From positions 1 to 64,000 of the IMG/VR virus record IMGVR_UViG_3300049847_000494: DNA of 64,000 bases; one strand, written 5' to 3'. A program made the translations under genes and the position numbers. Of this stretch, positions 9,301 through 18,200 are shown one piece after another (within the stretch, counting starts at the first letter, position 1; every line of letters starts with the position of its first letter). Source of the stretch: a virus. The notes beneath the pieces were generated by a model that saw only the letters and a program-made list of their open reading frames with translations, did no database searches and was not told the origin of the DNA.

Positions 9301-11356
9301 TGGAAATGGTGGTTCTACTTCTGGTGCTGGTGGTGCCACTACCATAAAGGGTGGAAATGCTTCAACATCTGGGGCTGGTGGTGTACTAAACCTGCAGGGT
9401 GGTAATGGAATAGGTACAACACAAGCAGGTGGTAATATAGCTATTACTGGTGGATCTGGTGGAGCAACAACATCAGCTGGTGGTAACATAACTATCACTG
9501 GTGGTACTCCTGGTACTACGGGTGCACCAGGCACAATTACAATCACAGGAGCTGCTGCTGCTGGAGCAACAGTGGCTGGAGCTGTTGTTACTATTAACTC
9601 TGGTGCAGGTAACACTTCAGGAGCTGGTGGTTTATTAACAGTACAATCTGGTCAGGGTGGTTCTACAGGTACTGGTGGAGGACTTACACTAACAGCTGGT
9701 TTAGGTGGATCTACTTCTGGTGCTGGAGGAGATTCTACACTAAAGGGAGGGAATGCTACTACATCAGGTGCTGGGGGTGCACTAAATTTGCAGGGTGGTA
9801 CTGGATCTGGCACAAATCAAACAGGAGGAAACGTATTTATTAATACCACTAATGGAACTTCCTCATTGGTTCTTTCCACAGGGTCAGCAACAGGATCTTC
9901 TGTAGCTATATTAGGTGGAGGTGGGGGACCCACAGGTACTGGTGGTACTGCCATCTTTCAAGGAGGCAATGGTGGATCTACTTCAGGTGCTGGTGGTGTA
10001 ACAACAGTAAAGGGTGGTAATGCTACTACTTCTGGTGTTGGTGGTGTATTAAATCTACAAGGTGGAGACGCAGTATCCTCTGGTATAGGTGGTAATATTA
10101 ACCTAACTGCTGGTACAGCAGCTGGCACTAATAATGGTGCTAACATAGTATTAACACCAACAGCTTTTAGTACATCAGGTACAGATGGTTTCGTATCCAT
10201 AGCTGCGAATGCTTCAAGAGCATCACGACTTTCATTTGCACAGGGTGCTACACCAGGAACGACTGAACCTACAACAAGCGTTTCTTTTGCAGCACCTTCT
10301 TCAGTCACTTCTCACACTTACCTTCTACCAGGAACAACAGGTACTGCAAATCAAGTATTAAGTATCAATTCTATCTCTGGAACACAAGCTTCTTTAGGCT
10401 GGTCTACACCAGCAACAGGAACAGTTACAACGGTTTCAGTTGCTTCAGCTAATGGTTTTGCTGGGACTGTAGCAACGGCTTCATCTACACCAGCTATAAC
10501 ACTAACTACAACCGTAACTGGACTAATTAAAGGCAACGGAATAGCTCTTAGCGCTGCTACTCTAGGTACTGATTATGTTGGTGGTCCTGGTACTACAACA
10601 GATACAGCCATAGCGACTTGGAATGGATCTAGTGCCACTACTCTACGAAATACCACATTAACAATCTCAGGTCAAACAATTTCAACACCTTCAGCATCCG
10701 CAGGTAATGCTATTACCATTACAGCAGGTGCTGGTACTAGTACTACAGGTGGCAATCTAAATCTAAACGGTGGGGCTGCCACTTCTGGTGTTGGCGGGGC
10801 TGCTTCGCTAACAGCCGGTGCTTCAGGTGGAACAGCCTCTGGTGCTAATGCGTCAGTAACAGCTTCTGCAGGTGTCGGATCCAATCAAAATGGTGGTAAT
10901 ATTACATTAGTCCCAGGTGTAGCTACAGGCACAGGTACTCCCGGCGTCGTAAACATAACACCTGCAAGCGGTACCGCTATCATCAAAGCTGGTAGTGGAG
11001 ACTTGCTTGTTGGTGGTCTTGCTGCATCAACAGCATCTGCTGGAGCTAGCGTCGTAAGTCAAGTACCTACGGCAATATCTGCTACAGGTTCAACACTTAT
11101 AAAGGGTTCTTTTCAAGAAATTGGCGTATTAATTGTTACAGATATCGTCAATCTACCTGATCCGAACGTAAGTGCTGGTCAGTCGATTACTTTCTTTACA
11201 CCTGCTGCTAGTATTTTTCTACTAAAAAGCCCATCTGGTAACATCAATGGAACAGCTGGCACAACAGGAGTTGCCATAACAAGTAGCAATTTTGAACAAT
11301 TTATTGCAAAATGCAACGGTACAAATTGGTATGTAGCTCGAATGACAGCGGTCTAA
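6311..11356 (+). CDS. Giant Gly/Thr-rich tail fibre protein (1681 aa)
   Basis: SD GAGG upstream; N-terminal module shared with the upstream fibres; dozens of GG-x-hydrophobic-T-hydrophobic-x-GG repeats. Confidence 0.7.
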   Translation: MSFMRRFTDATVTTLTDASTIAIDVSTGPNFMVTLGGNRTLGNPTNSTATKEIWLAVSQDGTGGRTLSFSSDWVAVDSTTTINTTASAVSLVYAIARDFGGGVKWYYTVQHAAETGGVTGPGSSTNTGIATWNGTTGTVLLNNNLTISGQTISAPNAGTASAINITGGTSTTSASAGGTVAITGGTPGATGIGGAITLAGGQGGSSSGGGGSVTVAAGDGFSGGGGGAGGTLTLRGGAGQVAVGGAITLEGGAAVGANGGQATVRGGTGNSGGGVTIKGRDASGGSGGSVDISAGNGTTTNSGGFLTLSAGNGGSTTGQGGLASLTGGNATNGPAGSASVVGGTSTTGAGGQVNITGGSGSTGGSVVISTSVGSVNITPASNFGVTAVGTVSITSGPGATTTIAAGNQSSSGSGGAISISAGTSGSSSGDGGNITLVGGNCNSGSGVGGTVTIRGGDTSTGTTGGALSLTGGNGNGNFSGGVVTLTGGTGGTVANGGAITLAGGLGGGGGGGGGSTTLRGGNATGSNGAGGSVSITGGAPVGTGAPGTVTIAGASATGATIAGAAVTINSGAGNTSGAGGLLTVQSGQGGSTGTGGALTLTAGAGGSTSGAGGATTIKGGNATTSGAGGVLNLQGGTGVGTNQNGGNIVIAGGISTGTGSDGSLLISTTNAKATRLAFLQGSTPVGTAVANTISVYAPSSVTAHNLILPGTQGGSNTVLTNNGSGTLSWGTPSGVTGPGSSTNTGIATWNGTTGTVLLDNNLTISGQTITAPNAATASQVNITGGTATTSANNGGAVNITGGTPGSTGAAGGAITIIGGVGGTTSGAGGQVTIRGGNSTTDGNGGTLFLRGGTGAGATTGNAGNIFINTIDGTSPLVLSGPLGLASSVAIFGGTAGSTGGNGGTALIQGGGGSASGGVGGDVTLRGGDGVSASGGVLNLQGGTAGSGSQQGGSIFINTTNGSSSLVLSTGAAAGSSVAIFGGGGGPTGTGGTARFQGGNGGSTSGAGGATTIKGGNASTSGAGGVLNLQGGNGIGTTQAGGNIAITGGSGGATTSAGGNITITGGTPGTTGAPGTITITGAAAAGATVAGAVVTINSGAGNTSGAGGLLTVQSGQGGSTGTGGGLTLTAGLGGSTSGAGGDSTLKGGNATTSGAGGALNLQGGTGSGTNQTGGNVFINTTNGTSSLVLSTGSATGSSVAILGGGGGPTGTGGTAIFQGGNGGSTSGAGGVTTVKGGNATTSGVGGVLNLQGGDAVSSGIGGNINLTAGTAAGTNNGANIVLTPTAFSTSGTDGFVSIAANASRASRLSFAQGATPGTTEPTTSVSFAAPSSVTSHTYLLPGTTGTANQVLSINSISGTQASLGWSTPATGTVTTVSVASANGFAGTVATASSTPAITLTTTVTGLIKGNGIALSAATLGTDYVGGPGTTTDTAIATWNGSSATTLRNTTLTISGQTISTPSASAGNAITITAGAGTSTTGGNLNLNGGAATSGVGGAASLTAGASGGTASGANASVTASAGVGSNQNGGNITLVPGVATGTGTPGVVNITPASGTAIIKAGSGDLLVGGLAASTASAGASVVSQVPTAISATGSTLIKGSFQEIGVLIVTDIVNLPDPNVSAGQSITFFTPAASIFLLKSPSGNINGTAGTTGVAITSSNFEQFIAKCNGTNWYVARMTAV
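6659..8631 (+). repeat. 122-bp direct repeat within the fibre gene (6659-6780 and 8510-8631)
   Basis: GGTGTTACTGGTCCTGGTTCTTCAACT...GCACCAAATGC; I count 2 mismatches. Confidence 0.9.
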
Positions 11357-11446
11357 ATTATACTCCAAGGAGTAAGCTCCGTTAGAAAGATTATTTAATT
11401 AAGGGTGGACAAAGCCCCATTAATCAGTCTTCAGATGGAGCCTTAA

Positions 11447-11896
11447 ATGCTTACTATTCTTAAGTTTTTCGAGAATACTAATAAAACCGCAACTGATGAT
11501 AACAGTGTCATCAGCCGTACACTACTTAAAATAGCCGTGGTGAGCAGGCATTATAAAACCCAACCTAACGTTATTATGCCAAAACATGGTGAAATTTGGC
11601 GCTGTAAGATAGTCAAAGAAATTTCAAGTGGTCTAAATAAAGGTTGCTTTATCGTTGAACCTGTGGAATTATTAGATGAAAGTTCTATTGTAAGGCTTGT
11701 CCCTGGTTTATTCTGTAAGAAGGTTGTCAAAGGTAGAATGATTGTATTCCCAAAGAAACCTGGGTACAACTGGATTTTACCACTAACTCATAAAAAGATT
11801 ATGGCTGAAGAATTTGGTGCTTACTGCCTAATAGTACAGCTGGATGCATCAGAAGACGATCTATCAGAATGTAATAAAAAAAGTGAAGAGCCTTAA
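11447..11896 (+). CDS. Hypothetical protein (149 aa)
   Basis: ORF with GGAG SD. Confidence 0.7.
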   Translation: MLTILKFFENTNKTATDDNSVISRTLLKIAVVSRHYKTQPNVIMPKHGEIWRCKIVKEISSGLNKGCFIVEPVELLDESSIVRLVPGLFCKKVVKGRMIVFPKKPGYNWILPLTHKKIMAEEFGAYCLIVQLDASEDDLSECNKKSEEP

Positions 11897-12163
11897 ATGA
11901 AAATATACGCTGAAATACTAGAGCCTGTCACAACCGGTACCAGGGTACGAGTATGCCAACAAGATGGCAGGTCGGTAGCTTCAGCTAACTTTTCTAATGG
12001 AAAGCAGGGTACAATAAAAGCAATAAATGGTAAAATTGCTTTTATTGAGTTAGATCAGAATAATACACCAGCATTAGCTGTAGATTCTGGTAATGCTGTT
12101 GGTGTAACAGTTAAACTGCCTATAGTAGGCAACACGGGTTTGACAATTACTTATGAACCTTGA
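11897..12163 (+). CDS. Hypothetical protein (88 aa)
   Basis: ORF abuts the upstream stop codon. Confidence 0.65.
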   Translation: MKIYAEILEPVTTGTRVRVCQQDGRSVASANFSNGKQGTIKAINGKIAFIELDQNNTPALAVDSGNAVGVTVKLPIVGNTGLTITYEP

Positions 12164-12935
12164 AGAAGCTACTCAGCTACGTGATACGATCCAATCCAGT
12201 CTTACTGGGTATCATGCTTATTGTAAAATCTCACCAGCAGCCGATGAGGCTTATCAGGTAGTTGTTGTGCAACAAGGTGCAATTTTACCAAAGTTACCAG
12301 AAGGTATCAAAGTAATAGTTGATCCTACTTTTGAGCCGATCAGTAGCGAAGGTATGGATTTAGAGAAACCACAAAGTTTAACTAACAGAACAACTGAGCT
12401 TCCTGAGGAGATCCGCTGGCGAAACAGGGAGATACAGGATCTTGTTAAAAGGGTTGCAACTATGAGTACAATAAATAATATCGTACGAGGTATTGAAGTT
12501 TTAGCTTTAGGTAGAGACTCTCGTATTGATTCTCTTCTAGAAAGCCTACAAAGTGACCTGATGTTAAGTGGTTTAAAAGCTACTAATCCACTAGTTAGGT
12601 TACTTAACAAGGTACAAAAAAGCTATAAAGAAGATTTAGCTGATGCTCTTGTAGCTTCTTTAAAAGCAAAATACCCAGAAGCTTCTGATTTTATAATCAA
12701 AGCAAAGCATATCCACAAGCTAATAAATGAAGTTGGTGATATTAGTCCAGACGATAATAAAAAAGTGGATATAGCTAAAGAAGCTTCCCAGCTACTAAGG
12801 GAAGTAGATGTGCTATGTATGAAACTCACGACCAAGATGAAGCAGCTTGATTTAGCTGAAGAAGCACATCAGCTAAAAGCTATGTCAGGTGCTGCTAAGG
12901 ATATATTTAAAGCTGTGAGCAAGCAAATAGGGTAA
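12153..12935 (+). CDS. Hypothetical helical protein (260 aa)
   Basis: Long ORF in the operon, followed by a terminator. Confidence 0.7.
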   Translation: MNLEEATQLRDTIQSSLTGYHAYCKISPAADEAYQVVVVQQGAILPKLPEGIKVIVDPTFEPISSEGMDLEKPQSLTNRTTELPEEIRWRNREIQDLVKRVATMSTINNIVRGIEVLALGRDSRIDSLLESLQSDLMLSGLKATNPLVRLLNKVQKSYKEDLADALVASLKAKYPEASDFIIKAKHIHKLINEVGDISPDDNKKVDIAKEASQLLREVDVLCMKLTTKMKQLDLAEEAHQLKAMSGAAKDIFKAVSKQIG

Positions 12936-12961
12936 AGCAATTTGAAATTAAAATTGTAGCT

Positions 12962-12993
12962 AAAGCCAGCTTTCTAAAAAGGCTGGCTTTTTT
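12962..12993 (+). terminator. Rho-independent terminator
   Basis: AAAGCCAGC-N11-GCTGGCTTT followed by TTT. Confidence 0.8.
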
Positions 12994-13461
12994 GTGGGGT
13001 TTGCCATGATAGTACAAGTTATAAGTGGTATACTTTATGCAAATTTAATTGAATGGCTAGCCCACAAATACATCCTACATGGTTTAGGTAAAAAGAAAAA
13101 GAGCTTTTTTAGCTTTCACTGGTCTTATCACCACCGCATATCTAGAAAATTAGGTATGTATGATCCATCATACTTAGAAAGTTCTTTTTCGTCTAACAGA
13201 TGGAAAGAGGTTTGCGGAATACTATTGTTAATGGTAATACACACCCCAGTAGTATTTATACTATCTTACTTTACAATAGCAACCTGGGTATACGCTTTAC
13301 TATACCTCTATTTACACAAAAAGTGCCATATCGATGTGAAATGGTGTAAAAAGTACATGCCATGGCATTATAGGCATCATTTAGGTAAAAATCAAGATAG
13401 TGATTTTAATGTAGTTTTCCCTATTGTTGATTACCTGTTTAATACCAGAAACGGAGCTTGA
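12994..13461 (+). CDS. Fatty acid hydroxylase/sterol desaturase superfamily membrane protein
   Basis: His boxes HKYILH, HWSYHH, HKKCH and HYRHH separated by hydrophobic segments; start may be ATG 13006. Confidence 0.75.
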   Translation: MGFAMIVQVISGILYANLIEWLAHKYILHGLGKKKKSFFSFHWSYHHRISRKLGMYDPSYLESSFSSNRWKEVCGILLLMVIHTPVVFILSYFTIATWVYALLYLYLHKKCHIDVKWCKKYMPWHYRHHLGKNQDSDFNVVFPIVDYLFNTRNGA

Positions 13462-13802
13462 AAGTGGGCTGTAACTGTCGTGGGAATAACTCTTACATAC
13501 CTACAGTAAATAGAGGTACAGCACAGGTGAACAACTTGTGCTCGGTAGTCAATAAAGCACAAAATAATTTACCTTTAAATATTGACCAATCAGGTAGTCT
13601 AATACTACCTTCTACCTATTTACCAGCACATTCTTCCTTATCCTCACAGCGGTGCACTGGTGTTTACGTAGAGCGTATACTAGCAGCCGAGCTTGTTATA
13701 ACAGCTAACTTCAGTAACCCTATTTGGAAAGCTACATTCCTGAGTAAAGTAGGTAACAATCCTACTCTTGGATCTATTGAAGCTTTATTAAAAACAATTT
13801 AA
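13458..13802 (+). CDS. Hypothetical protein (114 aa) with N-terminal GCNC
   Basis: ORF overlaps the upstream stop codon. Confidence 0.55.
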   Translation: MKVGCNCRGNNSYIPTVNRGTAQVNNLCSVVNKAQNNLPLNIDQSGSLILPSTYLPAHSSLSSQRCTGVYVERILAAELVITANFSNPIWKATFLSKVGNNPTLGSIEALLKTI

Positions 13803-13805
13803 ACC

Positions 13806-13834
13806 TTGACAACAACCTACTTCATATTTAGTCT
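13806..13834 (+). promoter_or_regulatory. Sigma70-type promoter
   Basis: TTGACA-N17-TAGTCT, then SD AGAGG and ATG 13852. Confidence 0.65.
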
Positions 13835-13851
13835 ATACTAAAGAGGTTTAA

Positions 13852-14004
13852 ATGAATGATGTTAAAGTAATGAAGTATTTCTTTACAGCTTTAGCCGTTA
13901 TGGCTATAGCTGGTTTTGTTACTGGTCTTTTAGCAGAAATAAGTAAAACTGAACGGTATAAAGCCTGTATTGAAAAGTACAGTCATCAAGTTTGTTCCGA
14001 ATAA
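13852..14004 (+). CDS. Small membrane protein (50 aa; not in ORF track)
   Basis: MNDVKVMKYFFTALAVMAIAGFVTGLLAE...; SD AGAGG; one hydrophobic helix. Confidence 0.65.
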   Translation: MNDVKVMKYFFTALAVMAIAGFVTGLLAEISKTERYKACIEKYSHQVCSE

Positions 14005-14013
14005 GGAGACATT

Positions 14014-14181
14014 ATGTATACAAAAGAAATTACAATTGCGCTATTATTGACCGCGTGTGTTAAAACCCAGCAAACACCACAAAAACCTATTCCCGTAAAT
14101 GACATTGAAATTCACAATAACTACTGTGCAGCAGTTCCAGAAGCCTACGATTGCCAGCTAGAAAATGAAGAAGAGGATTGA
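14014..14181 (+). CDS. Small putative lipoprotein (55 aa; not in ORF track)
   Basis: SD AAGGAG; MYTKEITIALLLTAC with an LTAC lipobox. Confidence 0.6.
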   Translation: MYTKEITIALLLTACVKTQQTPQKPIPVNDIEIHNNYCAAVPEAYDCQLENEEED

Positions 14182-14209
14182 CCTTAGAGCTAGTACCTGC
14201 TAAGGTCAA
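14178..14209 (+). promoter_or_regulatory. Promoter overlapped by a 10-bp inverted repeat upstream of dnaJ
   Basis: TTGACCTTAG-N12-CTAAGGTCAA; also reads TTGACC-N17-TAAGGT with an extended -10 TG. Confidence 0.55.
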
Positions 14210-14229
14210 CCTAACAAGAGGTTATACAA

Positions 14230-15204
14230 GTGAAAGATTATTATAAAGTCTTAGGCGTAAGCAAAACAGCAACCGATGCAGAAATTAAGAAAGCTTATAA
14301 AAAGCTAGCAATTAAATATCATCCTGATAAGAACCCAGATAACAAAGAAGCTGAAGAAACCTTTAAGCAGATTTCAGAAGCTTACGCTACCTTGTCTGAC
14401 AAGAACAAGCGTCATGCCTATGACAACCCACAACAAGCCTATAACCCATTTGGTGGAGTCGATTTAGAATCAGCTATGGCTGATTTTATGTATCGACAAC
14501 ATCAACAAACACAAATTATTCAGCTTCAAAAGATGATCACACTGAAAGATGCCGTGTTTGGAGCTAAATTTGATATTGATCTTCAATACAATAAGCCTTG
14601 TCTTCCTTGTAAGGAAACAGGCTACAAAGATGGTAAGGTAATTACTTGCTCAAAATGCAATGGCTTAGGTATGGTTACCTTAACTAAGGGTTCCTTTAGA
14701 ATACAGCAAACTTGCCCAAGCTGTCAGGGTAAAAAGTACCAAGCAGATTCTAACGCTAAGCGTTGCTCCTCCTGTAATGGAGCAGGTGCCATAAATGCTA
14801 AAAAGAAAATCAATATTAAAGTACCTCCAGGTGTACATAGTCAACAAATCCTTGGTTTAAAGGATGTTGACTTTGAAGGTATTGGTAATAGAAATATACA
14901 TGTAATGTTACATATTCAAGATGAAGCTGATTTTCAGCAAATGAATAAGGATATTCTTACCAAGGTAGAACTTCCTGTCATTACTGCGTTGCTTGGTGGT
15001 AAGTATAAAGTCAAGGGTCTTGAGGGTAACACACACGAAGCAGAAATAAGTGCAGGTACTCAATCAGGTGAGTTTATCAAAATCAAAGAAAAGTACACAC
15101 CTACTGGTGGTGATTTCTACGGTGTAGTACACATTAAGGTACCGAAAAATCTATCAGAGGATACAAAGCAAAAGTTAGAGGAGCTACGAAAGGAATTATC
15201 CTGA
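14230..15204 (+). CDS. dnaJ: DnaJ chaperone
   Basis: J domain ([11 protein letters not shown] motif), four CxxC zinc-finger repeats and a C-terminal domain. Confidence 0.93.
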   Translation: MKDYYKVLGVSKTATDAEIKKAYKKLAIKYHPDKNPDNKEAEETFKQISEAYATLSDKNKRHAYDNPQQAYNPFGGVDLESAMADFMYRQHQQTQIIQLQKMITLKDAVFGAKFDIDLQYNKPCLPCKETGYKDGKVITCSKCNGLGMVTLTKGSFRIQQTCPSCQGKKYQADSNAKRCSSCNGAGAINAKKKINIKVPPGVHSQQILGLKDVDFEGIGNRNIHVMLHIQDEADFQQMNKDILTKVELPVITALLGGKYKVKGLEGNTHEAEISAGTQSGEFIKIKEKYTPTGGDFYGVVHIKVPKNLSEDTKQKLEELRKELS

Positions 15205-15234
15205 TCCAGGCTCAAAAAGTGTAAAACTACCTAC

Positions 15235-18200
15235 ATGCGAACCACATTAAAGCACCCCAAAACGTTTTGTGAGGGGTGCTCCCTAAATAAAACCCGTAAC
15301 AAGTTAAGTCACTACATACCTACTGATGTTTACTATAATCAAGTAAACGATGAGGGTAAGCCACAAGTAGACCTACTTATAGTAGGCGATCCCCCTGGTA
15401 AGGCAGAAGATGAGTCTTCTATGCCTTTCACCGGGGCAGCTGGTTTTGAAATAAAACAAGCCCTAGTAGATGGTAATATTACATCCTATGCTATAGCTCA
15501 TAGTGTGCGCTGTAGACCTGTAGGACCTGACGGTAAAAATCGTGCACCTACAGCAGAAGAAGCCGCTGCCTGCTCTAATTACATCAAACAAGATTTAGTA
15601 CAATTACGTCCAAAAGTAGTATTATTACTCAGTAATATAGCAAAAGATGTAATTGCACCTAAAGAATGGAAAAGTATAGGTATTAATAAGCTGCGTGGTG
15701 ATATTCTAACCACAGAAGGTACTACCTATACAGCTACAGTTAATCCAAATCAGTTTATTAGAAGCAATAACTATCTAGAAAAACAACAATTCTACCGGCA
15801 TGTCGCCAATACTAAAAGACTAATAACCGGCGAACATTCAGCGTATTCACGTAAAGGTATTACACAAGTATTAAAAACTGAAGAAGATGTTTTCAAGTTT
15901 ATTAATATATTAGAAACAGTACCCTCAGAGTACGTATTTGTTGATACAGAAACTGAAAACCTAAACCGGGTAGCACCTAATAAAGTAGCTACTATACAAT
16001 TTGCTATGGATAATGAGGTAGGCTACGTTATACCTATTGACCATTGGCAATCACCATTTAGCCCAGAAGCTACAGAGCGTATAGTATCCAGACTTGGACA
16101 ATTATTCAGCAATCCAGATCTGCCTTTTGAATGCTGGTGTGCCCATGGCACCAAATTCGATTATAACAAAATATGCCGTAGATTTAATATACATCGTACA
16201 GGTAAACCTTTCTTAGATACTATCATGCTAGAGTACCTCCGTGATGAAAATCAACGTCGAGGTGCTGATGACGATGAAGGCGGGGGTGGACAAGAAGGTG
16301 CTGGTGTAGCGTTTGACTTAAAGTCTATGGCTAAAGACAAGTTATGCTTCCGGCATTACAAATCAGAAATGCTTGAAGCCAGGAAAAGCGGCTCCTTTAT
16401 AGAGGAGCCACTATGGCTTGATAATGGCAAAATAAGTGATTTCTCCGATTATGCCGGTATGGATGTTTATGTAGGTCGAAGATTACTTTGCTATATCTTA
16501 GAGGATCTTGAAAAAACAGGTCATAAGCAAAAATCTTGGAACTTTGCCATTAAGTGGAGTTTTCGTGTTACTCACTTATTAAGTAAAATAGAAATTAATG
16601 GTGCTTTTGCTGACAAAGACCATTTGGATTACTTACAAAGTGAGTATTCACCTATTCTAACACGGATGTTAGAAATACCACAAGATATTATGGAATCACC
16701 TGAAGGTAAAAAAGCTAATGCTTTGTTGCTGGAAACAGGTAATAAAACCAAGGGTTTCCGTCCTCTGTTTGGTAAGCAACCTACCGTATTTAGTATAGAT
16801 AAAAAAGATCATAGAATAGCTCTATTGGTAAATACCTGTAAGCTTGAACCAGTTTCTTACGGTAAACTGAAAGATGAAAATGGTAAGGAGATCCGAGCTA
16901 GACGTGGTGAAGTTGATAAAGGGAATGGCATAGCCAGCATTGATAAAGCTTTTTATGCCCAGCATAAAGGTAACTACTTTTCGGATATTATACAGGAGTA
17001 TGAAGGACTAAAGAAACTCAAATCAAGTTACCTTGATTCAGTAAGAAGCTTTCTTACCGATGAGTTTATACAAACAAAACGAGGTTTGCAATCTAATGCG
17101 GATAACTTGTTTGATGGTAGAATCCATGCTACTTTCTGGGATTCCAGGACTGTAACAGGTAGATTAGCTTCTTCTGCGCCAAACATGCAGCAACAGCCGC
17201 GATCAGATACTTTTGCTAAAGCAATGATTAAAAGCCTTTATGGGGCAGCGCCAGGACACTTTATACTAGAAGCCGACTATGGACAAGCTGAAGTTAGGTG
17301 GTGGGCTCAAATAGCTAAGGATAAGGAATACGCTGCTTTATTTTGGAACATGTACCATATCATCCAGGAATATGAAGCTAACCCTACACCCGAGCTGAAG
17401 CTGCGTGTAGAAAACGAATGTGATATCCATAAGCAAGTATCATCTGCTATGAATAGGATACCTATTACAGAGGTTACTAAAGAACAAAGACAGGCAGCTA
17501 AAGGGCTTTGTGTAGCTAAAGGTACACTTATAAGAACTGAAGAAGGTTTAATTCCTATTGAAGAAGCTATTGAAAATTGGAAGGGCGAATTAAAGCTGGA
17601 AACTAGGGCAGGTGTAGAAACTGCTAATAAAGCTTATGAAATTACTGTAGATAAAACTATTAAAGTAACATCTGGTAGAGGGTTTGAATTGGAAGGTAGA
17701 CCAGAACACCCTATCTTAGCTTGGAGAGATTGCAAGCTACAGTATGTAGAGCTACAAGATCTACAAGAAACTGATAATATAGTTATTAGAAGAGAAGCTA
17801 AATTATGGCCTACCAGGGAAATACCCTTGGTGCCGTATGTGCGGGAGCGTAACGGAGGTCAGGGATCTGAACCCTACCCATGTAGCATGCCAGAATTTCT
17901 CGATGGTGATCTTGCAAGGCTTATAGGTTATATCACAAGTGAGGGTTTTTCAAATGCAGAACGTACTATTAGTATTAGTAATACAGATAGAAGAATAATA
18001 GAAGATATTAGGTATATTCTGACATCTAAATTTGGAACAACAGGCTACTCTGAGTTTGTAAACAATAAGGACAGGATTGAAATACAAGGACATAAACCAT
18101 GTACTTGTTTCAGTATCAATGCTAGTGCTAGCAGATTTTTACGTTTAAACAACTTAGTTGGTTTTGAAACGTCTTACACAAAGTATGTTTCACCTGCTAT

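Noticed and set aside
579-10884. Pro-rich minus-strand ORFs (e.g. 7090..8331)
   Set aside because: They are antisense shadows of GGT-rich glycine codons.
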